The notes beneath the pieces are model-generated. The model saw only the letters and a list, made by a program, of their open reading frames with translations, ran no database searches and was not told the DNA's origin. Made by a program: the position numbers and the translations under genes. From contig OZ076409.1 of the NCBI GenBank assembly GCA_964187785.1, forward strand, positions 34,412,001 through 34,476,000: a stretch of 64,000 bases of DNA. The letters are read 5' to 3'. The DNA comes from Amphiscolops sp. MND2022 (lineage: Eukaryota). Numbering within the stretch: the first letter of the stretch is position 1; each line of letters begins with the position of its first letter. Shown here in pieces: positions 1 to 12,550 of the stretch.

Positions 1-1523
1 AACTGTGACAAAATCTCATTTTTTAAAAACTCGCAGAAGTAAAACTGTCAATTGCACGAATGAGTCCTAATCGCAAAAAAGTACAGATGGAAACCAAGAA
101 ATTCACTAGAAACTTTCGCTAATCTAGAAACATGTGCTTTCAGTACAAGTCACTGAAGATGAACAGACTGAAGAAGATGACCATTCAGTGTGACCACTGA
201 CAAAAAAATCTTGGTTCTGTAAACTTCCCGTAGTCAGTCCGAAAATAAACCTTTGCAGTGAATTATTCTGGAGTTCGAATAAACCTTTGCAGTGAATTAT
301 TCTGGAGTTCGAGAAGTTGATTTTAAAAATTTCAACTACTTGATAGATTTATTGACTTCAGGTACTCGATAGATTTATTAACACAGATTATTCAAACTTT
401 CAATTAAAAATGAGCCTTTTGCTGTCGAGCATATGGGTGAGAAGCAAAATCAATTTTTTGATGTCCACTGGTAGAGATCTTCTGGGCCAACTTTTCCTGG
501 ATTCTTGTATTATACTCAGATTTTTTGGATTATTGTACCATCGGATAATATTTTTGAAGCCTCCTCCTGATTTTCGAAAATTAGTGCGACGGCCGCGTCG
601 TGGCAACAATATATAGTTAAAACAGCCAATGTAGGTTCTGAAGAGTTTGTTAAAGCAGATAGATCAAATAGACAACTCGAAACTAGAAGGAAACGTTTGT
701 TTTTTTTTTTCATTTTCACTATGAAATGAGGTAATAAAATGATCACGATCAGTTTCGGTCAGTTGGTGACATACACAAACAAGTGCAGGCATACGCCTCC
801 TAATCTTACAATGAAACACCGCACGATCAAACATGTTTCATTCAGACCATTTTCTTTTCCAACGATAGCTTCAGAGAACAAATCCACCGATATCCTTTCA
901 CTTTCATTTCAATGCTCGAGCACCATAAAACCATAAATCCTTTCTCCAATGAAGACCAATAACAATTTCACAAGTCCAACAAAACTGCAATGACGATTGC
1001 TCACTTCACATGTTTTGACAAAAGCTCGATTTCCCGAAGCATAGAATATGGGATGAGACAAAATTCAAAGAACTCATTAGGCTATTTTGAGTATCCATAT
1101 TGCAATATACACATGATGTGAACGCTATAAATATCTAAAACAAGAACTAATTTCAGTTCTAAAAGGCCTTGGAGAATCAAACTTTACAAACAATTTTGAA
1201 AAAAAAACAGTCTTCTGTTACCATTTTTGCGTTCGTGTATCATAAAACTTAATTTTCACAAACAAAATGCTAAACTTCCAGGAGTACATAAAGCTCCTCC
1301 ACTTTTGGACTTTTCATTACTGAAAAACATGTTCCATCTTCGGTCATTTACTTTTTTCCTCGAAAAACATAGTTTCAGGAGTTTCCTGACTATGATTTCT
1401 GTTTGTCATTCTCTATTTCCAAATTAGGCAATGAAAGCTATTTGGCCAAGCCTGATAGTTTCATCTGTTGCCGGGTGGGAGATCGTGGATTCAAATTTTG
1501 ACATAAAGTACCTGTCTTTTAAA

Positions 1524-1962
1524 AACAAGCCGGGAACGGCATAAGCCGGCGCCATATCTAAGGCTCAAAAATAGCAAAAGGACTTCAAAGTGTCAAGTAT
1601 TCGTTTACAGTATCTGAAAGACCCAAAAGTTGAAGCGAATTGGCGCGCCGGGGCCCACCTTAACATCCATTGTTGCAAAACATCAAAAAATTGAAGGGGG
1701 ACCCTTTGAGGATTTTGTTTCAAAAAAAGTCTCACAATGCAGAAAAAAAACGAAAGAAGGGACCCGTTAGCCTGGCCCGGTTCTGTATGTTACGCGGAAA
1801 AACATGAAAAACCTTTTTGGTTCAGTTCGCTAGGTCAAATGGTTCAATTTGACACCATAAAATTTCGTAGAACTTTCAAGAACTATTATTTGGTCAGTTC
1901 GTGTGGATTGAAAAAAAGTCACTATAATAGTCGCGTTTCACTTCATGAAGCGCCGGCTAATA
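1524..1962 (-). mobile_element. DINE/HINE-like non-autonomous Helentron copy
   Basis: Family ends ACAAGCCGGGAACGGC...GGCGCC and AAGCGCCG(G)CTAA, with GGGGACCCTTT internal repeats. Confidence 0.7.
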
Positions 1963-3688
1963 AACTTTACAAGCTACATTTTCTTAAACGTAACATTTAC
2001 GAAATACGGTCTTGATTAACAACCCACATCAACTAATGACCCCAAAGAAACTCCCGAGTTTGTCATTTTGACAATGGGGCTTATCTTATTATTCAAGATA
2101 AGCTAGTTCACAAATGATTCGCACAATCCGATGAATTAACTTCAATAACGAGACGCCCGCTGAGCATCGGGACTTCCGCAACAATATACTTTGAGGACTC
2201 GAGTGTAGCCAATAAACATATACCAACAGAAACGTTCAACACATGCACTACAAGTTCAAAGTTGCGAATTTTTGACATTTTTGGTTCAATTCGGACACTT
2301 TCGAAACTTCTCCAATACAAATGTTTGCTGGGAGCTAATGGCTTTGTCGCTGTTCTCTACAGTTATTCATTCCGACAACAAAATTTAAAAAATTAAAAAA
2401 CTTTGATGAGAAGATCAAAGCTAAACAAGTCGGAAACAGCCCAAGTCAGCGCCCCGCTAGTTTAAAAAAAACAAGATTCTTGAATATGTAAAGGACACTG
2501 TTGTTAAATTATTATCAACTTTACAGCGCCGAAAAACACCCGAAGGCATACGCTTGACTCGACAACCACTTTTCCCCAATTGATAACAAGAAACAAAAAG
2601 AATTTTTACGAAACTTTTTCTTCGGAAACAGTCTCATAGTGCCGAAAATGGAGTTTCAAGCTCGCAAAACGCTTTTTTCCAGCCGAAAACATTCATGAAA
2701 GTGAAGGAAGTACTAAACTTTTCGGTTTAGTGCTAGACTCGAACCCGCGTACTCCTGCTACTCAAACCCCGTCACCAGGCCTGGAAATCTGAGGCAACCC
2801 CTAGGCCAAGTGGCAGTTAGAAGTTACTGTATTAATTAGTTGATAAAGCTGTCAATTCCCGTCTTTTAAACAAAGACAAAACTAAGAGGGGGGCTAAGAT
2901 GAAAGTTATTTAATTGAGTAGCTACAAAATACAAAATTTTCTCTTTTTTTCAGATAACAGAATGTATGCGTAGTGAACACTTTTTACAGAACTACTAAAC
3001 TACTGGACCGGCAAGCAGAAACGCATCTAAGTTAGTGCAAACGGCCCCCTTTCATTTTTTCCATATTTAATGTAACATACAAAACTGGACGAGACCAAAG
3101 GGTCCCCTTTCGACTTTGTTCGGTACTGTAAGACTTTTTTTCGAATAATTTTTCAATTTCTTTAAAGGGCTTTTTTCGATTTTTGATATTTTGCAGCGAA
3201 TTAGATGTTACAAAAACCTAATGAGACCTTCCTTTCACACTTTTCGGCATTGTGAGACTTTCCAAAATGATCATTTTTCTCAGAGAGGTTTTCAGTCTTA
3301 AGAGGTTTTCTAAGTGGCTCAGCAAGCTATATCCGAACTTTTGACGTTATATCCGAAGTAAGTTGCGTTTCATTGAAGGGGTGGTCGAGGCGAGGTTCAA
3401 AAATATAGCGCTATATCCGAAGTTCTTACATTATATCCGAAGTATATTGTGCTTCACTAAGGAGGAAGCGGAGATTCGAAAATATTGCGCAATATCCGAT
3501 TTTTTTGAGATTGCGTTTTTTCTGTACTATGCAACTTTTTCTAATCTGTTGTCATCGAATCCCCCACAATTTTTACTAGAAACAAAACGTTTGCGAGCAA
3601 AGAGGACTCCTTGGAGTTTTTCCGCACTATGCGACTTTATTGGAGAAAATTTTTGAAGAAAATCCAAAAAAATCACAAATTTTTCGTT

Positions 3689-4200
3689 TTTTAGTCGATG
3701 CTTTTCATAGAAAAACGCAGACTAGCAGTGACTTTTTTACAGACAAACGAAGTGACAGATTCCATAAACTTTATAGGCTGGCTTCCACTAACTGCCACAC
3801 TAATCTAACTTCTACTGCAACTTGGCATAGCGATTAATTAGGTTTTTTTGAGGTCTGCCAGGCAGAAGGACGTGGGTTCGAGTCTCGCCCATGACAAAAA
3901 TTTTTTGTGCATGTTATTTCGGCTTTGTGAGACTTTTCGCAAATTTTTCAATGTCTCAAAAGGGACCCCTTTCAGTTTTTTTGTTTTGCAACAAAATGGA
4001 TGTTCAAAAAATCCCAAAGGGTCCTCCTTTTACACTTTTCGGCAGTATGCGACTTACCAGAGACTTCGAAAAAAATTCGCAGATTTCGGAAAACTTTTTT
4101 CCTCATTCGGGTACTGTAGAAAAGAATACTAGATGCTTTGAAGTCCTTTTCCTATTTTAGAGCCTTAGATATGGCGCCGACTTGGGCGGTTCCCGGCTTG
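3689..4200 (+). mobile_element. DINE/HINE-like Helentron copy with a tRNA-like insert
   Basis: 5' TTTTAGTCG..CTTTTC hairpin and 3' GGCGCCGACT-TGGGCGGTTCCCGGCTTG. A/B boxes at about 3822-3892. Confidence 0.72.
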
Positions 4201-5199
4201 ATGATATTATTATTATTATGAATTTTCTATCAATCAGTACAAGGAGTGTTCTCAAGAAATATTAGGTTTTCTGAATATGTATCCTCCAATAATTTTCAAA
4301 ATTATCCGATTTTTTGACGTTAAATCTCACGTACGTAGCGTCGAAATTATTGAGCTATATCCGAATTATGACACTATATCCACAGTAAATTGCGTTCTAC
4401 CAAGGAGGACGAGGGTCAAAAAGGCGCTCCCATGTGACCCATCAGGTTATATCCGAACTTTTGAAGCGCTTTCCGAGCACAAACCCTGGGTGTTTTGACA
4501 CTTTTTTGAGTTTTTAATGAAAAAAGTCAAGCATATTTTTAAAACTTTGCGCTTTATGAGCCACAAATATAGAGCCGACTTTAGACGTTCTCGTCTTTTT
4601 AGTGGTTGCAATCAACATTTAGTCGGCGCTCTCGGTAGAAAACGAAAACTATAGAGAGGCTTTAAGACCACCTCGAGTTGACAGATTCTATGAATTTCTA
4701 TCGCTTTACTCATGGTTAGCCGCGTGTGCCGTGCCGCCTTTTGGTCTCGTGGTTACAGAGCGTATGGTGACAGTAGCTGGAAAGCAAGAGTTCGTGGGAT
4801 CGAATCCTGTGCTGGTCTAAAGATTACTTCACCTTTGTAAAGCTAGACTAGGAACTTGGGCCGTTGCCGGCTTGTCTTTGTTATAGAACAGTTCAAAAGT
4901 TGTTTGTTTTGAACCATAATATCCAGCGTTTAGGAACGCAGCTCTTGACAAACCAATGACTTCAAGAAAACTAGATGAGAATTTGCACCGCAGGTTAAAT
5001 CAATGTTATATTTGCGAAAGGTTAGTAACCAAGTTCCAAAGATGGAATGAGTTCTATGCAAAAAAAATGGAATACTGATTGTCGTGATGGTCTTCTTGTA
5101 CATTCAGTTTGCAGATGAAATTTTGCACACTTATTTTAAGGGAGTTATTAGAAATTCTTAAAGCCATGAACGCCTACTACGTCTTCAGGTTTTCAATTT

Positions 5200-5505
5200 T
5201 CCATTTTAAATCAAACGAGCGACATAGTTGCGATACATAATTAGATAAGGAAGTACTTTGCGATTCGGTGTTTTATAAATTAGTAATCCACTTGCCGAGA
5301 TTTCCCAATTTATCAAGACAGTCACTTACACTGCAAGGAGGCTCTGCAGCTTGCAGTGTATCGACCCCATCCATTTCTATTTGCTGACAAGCTCCGAACC
5401 CCCCCCCCCGCTTTAACACGGGCTACATATTTGAACATCATCGCCCTTTTTGGTCTCGATGCGCAGGATCCATATAGGAGAAAAATCGGAATATAAAAGT
5501 AGAAA
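5200..5505 (+). repeat. Older diverged CRE-like 3'UTR copy
   Basis: Shares TGCGATTCGGTG..TTTTATAAATTAGT and ACACTGCAAGGAGGCTCTGCAGCTTGCAG with 8810-8920 and 55410-55520. Confidence 0.75.
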
Positions 5506-5509
5506 AAGA

Positions 5510-5970
5510 AACAAGCCGGGATCGGCCCAAGTCGGCGCCATATCTAAGGCTCAAAAATACCCAAAGGACTTCAAAATGTCAAAGTATTGGTGATTTGGGG
5601 ACCCTTTTATGGATTTTTTTTTCGAAAAAAGTCTCACAATGCCGAAAAAAACTGAAAGGGGGGACCATTTGGGATTTTTCAAAATCCATTCTGTCCAAAA
5701 AAATCAAAAAATTGAAGGTGGGACCCTTCGGTGAAAATTTTTTTTCAAAAAAAAGTCTCACAGAGCCGAAAATACTATTTGGCCCCGTTGAGTTTCTTAA
5801 TGATATAAAAATACTACTTCGTAAGCTAAGAATTGTAAGAAATTGAGAAATTGTAAGAATTGTAAGAAAAGTGGACAATTCAGAGTGAGATTGTCAGCTG
5901 AAAAAAAAAGAAAAACTACCCACTGTAATAGTCGGGCTTTTTTCCTTAAGGGAAAAGGCGCCGACTAAAA
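5510..5970 (-). mobile_element. DINE/HINE-like Helentron copy
   Basis: ACAAGCCGGGATCGGCCCAAGTCGGCGCC ... AAAAGGCGCCGACTAAAAA. Confidence 0.75.
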
Positions 5971-6021
5971 ATAAATCAAACCGGAACTTTTTTCTTGAGT
6001 TACACTAGGGAAAATACTCAC

Positions 6022-6525
6022 TTGTAAAATTGATCCCGGTGATGCAGTCAGACTGTTAGAACCAAAAGCGTCGGGGTTATCTTCCAAACCAGTCAAAAGA
6101 AGGTCCGAAATTTTACCAACAGCGTGGTTAAAGCTAATCTTAGAATCATTCGATATTTTTTGCCCGAATTTACTGGTTTCTAGATTAGTTAGGCAAGAAG
6201 GCAAATTAAAGGCATTTTCGGCTAAATTAGTCCCAAAGGGGTTTGCCCCGGATGAGGAAATAGATCTGGCTGAGCTGGGAGTTTTGGATATGCCAGAAGT
6301 GCTGGACCCGTTCTCCAGACTACCGGAGATCCGCCAAGGACTCAGATGGGAAGAGGTTCCGGCTGAGTTCTGAGAACTGGCGTTTGAGTTGACATTTAGG
6401 GTCATGTGGTCGGATGACGAAACATGTCCACAGTAACCGCTGTCTGATATGGTAGACTTGGATTCTCGGTTTAACAGATCTCGGTTTACGAAGCGCAAGT
6501 AATAAGGGCCAGGAATTGACATTCT
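6022..6525 (-). CDS. Probable coding exon, Ser-rich low-complexity protein segment of an unknown gene
   Basis: About 500 nt open frame (MSIPGPYYLRFVNRD...SDSGYCG...SPGSILQ) ending at a strong CAA|GTGAGT donor. No recognisable domain. Confidence 0.55.
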
Positions 6526-8708
6526 ATGCAACAAAATATGTAGTTAATCTTTTTCAATATGCTTTCTATCTTTCTGTCACAAGAAGATCAGTTGCTTAAA
6601 CAGCCGACAATTCTAAAAAGGATGAATTCTCAACTAAGAAGATGAATCCAGTACGATGTTTCACTTTTTGCTCCATCAAGTCGCTTCCAAAAAACTCTAG
6701 AAAATCTGGCTGCTGATGTTTTCATGGGAATCAAGCAACTACAGTGATGTCAGAGAACACAAAAACAGCTCAGATAAAGATTATAATCACATTTTTGTGG
6801 GGTTCGGTAATCAATAACGATGGCAATGTGGAAAATGGCTCCAGAGGGGTAACTAATCAGTGTGGAAAACCTTGTAACCGGGTGTTTTGGATGACGCAAT
6901 GAAGCTTTGATTACTTCTGGCGCCTCTGCAATCACTTTATGACGAAGAGATTAAGGAATATTTGCTACTAGAGAACCAACCAGTTAATTCTCTAACAGGT
7001 GACTGATACTACACACAGTATACCACCAATATACATTTACTTAAAATACTATTACAAGAAGTACTTGGTAGGTTCTACCTCTGGCATACTACACATCTAA
7101 GAATGCTGACAACGATAAATTTGTAATAATAACTACAGTAAACGTATTTTTTAAATTCAATTGAATTCCACTCAACGTGTAAAGCTATTGTTGCAACAGG
7201 AAAGGCAAATCCCTGATATTATACACTCCCGTAGTGGCAGTAGTAATAGTAATCGTAACCGGTGAATTTCAATCATAACTCATTTTTTATTCTCTCACAG
7301 CAGTCTTAAGAGCACGGCGGATACACAAATAATGTTATGGTATGAGTCAGGAAATAATTTCTCAGCCATCCTTTTCCTTTTCTTCCGTATGTGTAAAAAA
7401 AGGAAGCTATAACAGGCGAATTGTTTGTTCAACAAATCTCATTTTTTAAAATGTCCACAGCTATCAGAAAAAAGGGAGAATGAGCCAACATATGTGATGA
7501 CGTCAGCAGTTTATAACATCTTGTTGCAATCAAATCACTGAGCAGATAGAACAAAACACAATGAGCCGCCAACTGGCTACATGGTAGGTGTGGATCCCCT
7601 CAACATGTACATGTACCTGCTTTTACATTTCATCTACGTCCAAAAATAGATGCCAACATGGAACGAGCCAGTTAAACATCAATGCTTTGATATGAATGCT
7701 TTAAAGTGAGTTTTGAAGCATCATAGCTGTTCAAAGAAACTGCAAAGTTTGACAGCAGATGATTGACAAATCTAATCAGCGATTTAGTTGCCGGCGCGGC
7801 TATTTCATTCAATTGATCAGCGATCAGCGGCTCATTTTAGTGGCATGTAGCCACGAAAGCTCCCGAACAGCCAAAATATCCCCGGATTATCAACGGGTTT
7901 TTCAAAATGCATTCCAAATATTTCAACTTTTTTCTAATAAAACCCACAAAATATGAAAAGATCGGGATTTTAACCAACTCTTGGGGAGCCAATTAGTCCT
8001 TTTGAAACCACGTTTGACAGCTTCTCCAGTTAATTCAGATCTGGTCAAGATCACCACAGTAATAGTTATTAAAACTTCCCAAAAAAATAGATCGAGTTGA
8101 CTCCCATCTCTATCGCCGAGGTTCGACTCACATTGAGATTACAGTTTTTTTATTTAAACTATTACTATTCATTCAAATGATTATTCCTTTAAATGAATCG
8201 CTTTCAAAGGTTGGAAAATTTATATAATCATTTGAATGATCCTTTATATTATCCTTTAATTGTACAACACTGACTATAGTCGACTCTTTTCGTAAGAAAA
8301 GCGCCGACTAAAAAATTGGCCAGTTAAAAGTTTTTCAGACAATTCTGAAGTACAGCTTCTAAGGTCGGCATGGGCCAGTTTGATCTTTCAGATAGAAGTC
8401 TTTCTACCGCAGTTCAACCACACTGCCAACACACCATCAAGAACATTTTTGATCAAATACTTCGATCCAATTCGTTACTGGGAAAGCACTCAACACGATG
8501 ATCTGCAGAGGTGATGCGAACAAGTTACTGAAGTCACTAGTATGACTGCTCGCTCACTGATTGATTAATAGCCAGACAGATTTATAACCCTTAATGTTAA
8601 ATTAAAGCAGAAGCGAACAAAACTGTGGATATCTTCCAGCCCATATAAATGTACAGTGGTATATGGATATGAGTATAGCAAGCTCAATTTTTAGTTTAAA
8701 AGGCCTTT

Positions 8709-9069
8709 ATGAGCGCGATCGTCGAAGAGGGGAGGCTCTCAAGCTCTCAGTAATTCAGTAACGAGCAAATTAATTGGGATATGCTGTTTTATAGACGAGC
8801 ATCTTCTGTGCGATTCGGTGTTTTGTTTTTATAAATTAGTCCTCCACTTACCGATGTTTTCTCATTTATTTTCACGGGACCGTTACTGACACTGCAAGGA
8901 GGCTCTGCAGCTTGCAGCGTATCGACACCTTTTTGACAAGACCCCTCTGTAACCTGGGCCATACATACGTAGACCATTACCTCTTTGGTTTCGAGGCGCA
9001 CGGTCCACTTTAAAAAATAGTTAAAGAGAAGAAGAGAAAGTGCAAGGAAGATGAGACGAGAAGATAAAT
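8709..9069 (+). mobile_element. Severely 5'-truncated copy (essentially 3'UTR only) of the same CRE-like family
   Basis: High similarity to 55320-55620. Flanked by the 15-bp TSD GTTTAAAAGGCCTTT (8694-8708, 9070-9084). Confidence 0.88.
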
Positions 9070-9682
9070 GTTTAAAAGGCCTTTTAAAAATGTCTTTTTA
9101 CAGCCAAAAAATGCAAATTGGTTCATACTTTGATTGTTTCAAGTCAAAACTCACAAAATTGCTCAAGATATTTACTACAAGGCTAGTTTGCATCAGTGGA
9201 AGAGTTTAGCAAAAACGGACAACTATCACTGGAAGTAAATGCCTTTTAATGTTTTCTTTGTGTTGGGTAATAATTTCTTGAAAATTGTCAAGGTTGGTCG
9301 CGATAAAAATCACGAAAGTCCAAATGACGTCATAAAATTGACCGATGTGAAAAAATCGGCACAGGTTGGTCGTTATATGGACGACAAGCCGGGAATCAGG
9401 CCGGTGTTCAACCTGACAGCTCAACCAATTGGAATATACTTTTTGCACAGGGTTGTGGCACTGCTATTCAACAGAAAGAAAGAAAGAAAGTTTATTTATT
9501 TGAGTATAGAAAATATCATCATTGAAAACAAAAACAAAATTATCCATACTCAAAAGGGACAGAAGATGAGCTGATTAACTCTTCAAGCCTCTGCCCTCAA
9601 GAACCAATCATAGCCAAAGGCAATGCCGAACAAAAATGCGAAAGATATTTGCCTTCTTTGTGAAATAGTTGATTTTTATCAT

Positions 9683-12519
9683 TCAGAAGAAAATAGAAAC
9701 TATATTACTATCACCCGCTATAAAAAAATCTCCTAAAACCCTGAGATAGCTTACAGCTTGCTTGCTAGTCATTTTTGTTAGATTTTCAGGAATTAAGTTG
9801 AATGTTTTCAGCCAGTTATGACCTTTAGTCAACACATTCTGTATCGATTTTGATTTTGCAACCGTTCTGCAGTAGCTTGTTTGTAAATGTCCTTTACGAG
9901 CGCTTCGTGTATCATATTTATTTACAAATCCCTTATTCAAAAAATGACCGGCGATTCAGACCGTAATTGGTAGAAAACTTCGCGAAAAAATTTCATTGAC
10001 ATACAATTCAAACACAGTTAAAATTTGTTTCCTTTCAAAAATGTCTTTTATGCTGTCATACTTTTTTCGGAAAAAAATAGCTCTGATTATTCTACGTTGA
10101 GCCATTTCTATTTCTTCAAGATTGGATTTGCAGGCACTACCATAAACTAGTAACCCATAAGTAATTACTGATTTTGCGTAAGATTCGTAAAACCTAAGTA
10201 GGCATTTAATCGGGTACAAATCTCGTATGCGATAAATTAATCCGCAAAACTTGTTCAATTTCTTCGATACATATTTGATGTGTTCTCTAAAAGTCAATTT
10301 AGAATCAATGTAAAGTCCAAGATATTTGCAATGCGTTTTCATACCCACGTTTTCATTTAAAATAGTAAGATGTTTCGATATGCCGCAGCCAAAGTGCATG
10401 CTTTCACATTTTGAAGTGTTAACACTTAGTTTGTTGAATGAAAACCAGTCAATCACTCTATCCAAATCATCTTGAAGATTAAGGTTGTTCCTTCCCGAAG
10501 ATTTCAGTATAGAAGTGTCATCAGCAAACATGGCAATTTTGTTTTCATTTTTACAAAATGCAGGTAATTCATTAACATAAATTAGGAATAAGAGTGGTCC
10601 CAATATGGATCCTTGCGGCACACCGGTTGTTATCGGCAATTTACAACTTTTCTTGCAATGAGATGAAACATATTGACATCTATTTCTCAAATAGTCGACT
10701 AGAATTTCAAGTATCGGTCCTCGGAAGCCGTAATTGAACAGTTTTTCCAGTATGATTTCATGATTCAATGAATCAAATGCTTTTTGCAAATCTATGAAAC
10801 ACGCTTGGCCAGTACGTTTTCTGTCAATTTCATTTCTCATATATTCCGTCAAAGTACTTATTGCGTGTACGCAAGAATGTTTTGACCGAAAACCAAATTG
10901 TTCTAGAGACAAAAGTTTGTTCTTATTTACGAAGTTAATCATTCTTTTGTGGAGAAGTTTCTCAAAAACTTTGCTTAAGGAGCTTAGTAAACTAATTGGT
11001 CTATAATTTTCCGGGTTTTTCCGGTCACCCTTTTTATATAAAGGAATCACCTTTGCTAGTTTCAAAGTATCTGGAAATTTTCGCTGAAATATACAGTCAT
11101 TGAATGCAATAGCAAGGTATTTCTCTATGATTGGTGAACAACATTTCAATATCTCGTTGCTAATGCCATCGTGACCTGAGCTTTTTTTGTTTTCATCAAT
11201 TTAATTATTTTTGCCACTTCAAGATCATCAGTTCCGCATATTACCATGGACTTTGCCGACCTCTCCGTTCTAAACGTACGCTTAGTAGGGGGTACATTCG
11301 CAGCTAGGAATTGCCCTACATTGGTAAAGAATTTATTCAAGATATCGGGATCAGGAACTATTGAGTTTTCTTCACCTGTTCTTGTATGACATTTCAAAGT
11401 TCTGTACAGTATTTTACTACTTGGATTCTCTCCTAATTTTTGGAAGTTCGCCTCACGCTTTGCTTGTTTAATGAGTTTAGTGACAATATTCCTTTGCATA
11501 TTGTATTGTTCTCTATTATGAGTGTTATTATCGCTGATCCACAATTTAAACAATTTATTTCGTTTAATAATGGCGTTTTTCACTCTATTATTATTCCATT
11601 CATTCGAATTACATTTTGGGTTATATTGTTTCTCCGGCGCAAATCTATCAACACATAGCATGATAGTTTTTGCAATGCTTTCCATGTTAAGTTCATTTGA
11701 GGTCAATAGTTTCTGTAATTTCTGATCGAGCAAAAACAGGAAGTTCAACGCCTTATCCCCTTTTAGATTTTTCAAATTTCTAGTGAGAACAATTGGTTTT
11801 TGTTGCTCTGCTATGGATGAAACGGGAATTTCTCCAATTACAGTAAAGTGATCGCTTATTGTCGTACTGATGGTCATAGTATTTATTGGGTAACTCGTTA
11901 TTATATGGTCCAAACAGGTTGCTGTGGTTGGTGTTACTCTAGTTGGTTCTGAATTTTGACGCTCAAAGTCATATGCCCTCAAAATATTTTCATATACGGT
12001 TTTAAACTTCGATTCCTTAATTGTGTCAATATTAAAATCGCCAAAAATGACTGTATCATGCTTTAATGTACGCAAAAAGTTCAAAAGATCCTCGAGTTCT
12101 GGCATAAAAGTTTTCAGCTTTTTGCTATCTGGTCGGTATACTACGCAAAAGTTTCGAAATGTTTCAAAGTCAATACATACATTGATGATTGCGCATTCGA
12201 TTCCCGTTTCATATTCAATTGGTTTGTATGTTAGTCCTTCTTTAACGTAAAAGCCTACACCCCCTCTTAGTTGTCCCGTAGTTCTTATTTTGGATTCGAT
12301 GGGTTGATATCCGTCTAAATTCAACGTCGAGGTATTATCATTTTCAGTGAGCCACGTTTCTGTCAACGCTATGACTGATGGTTCAGAGTTAAAACTATCT
12401 AACTCAACTAAGAGTTCGTCACGATGGCATCTCAATGACTGTATATTCAACCCAAGCATTATAATACTTTTGGCATTGGATGCGACTGGCGGTTGGTTCA
12501 TATGTTGAGTCATTATCAA
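9683..12519 (-). pseudogene. LINE ORF2 (APE endonuclease plus reverse transcriptase), two single-base frameshifts
   Basis: APE motifs: LNIQSL, IALTETW, GGVGFYV, FGDFNID, TCLDHI, SDH. RT motifs: NYRPISLL, FIDLQKAFD, GVPQGSILGP, MFADDT, YLG. Frameshifts fall in homopolymer runs near 11190 and 9988. Confidence 0.92.
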
Positions 12520-12550
12520 TTGATTAGACTCAGTGAAATGGTGTAACAGT

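Noticed and set aside
245..312. 34-bp direct duplication, also the ~40-bp duplication at 19430-19500, considered as CRISPR-like repeats
   Set aside because: Only two adjacent copies with no spacers, in a eukaryotic context. These are simple slippage duplications.
400..2320. Short ORFs 400-609, 516-746, 739-936 and 2108-2320 as exons of a host gene
   Set aside because: No recognisable domain and no consistent splice-phase chain could be built.
3822..3893. Functional tRNA genes
   Set aside because: A/B boxes are present, but there is no clean cloverleaf or acceptor stem, there are internal T-runs, and all copies lie inside repeats.
11146..11200. Programmed ribosomal frameshift in LINE ORF2
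   Set aside because: CR1-group ORF2 is normally a single frame, so a one-base homopolymer indel is the simpler explanation.
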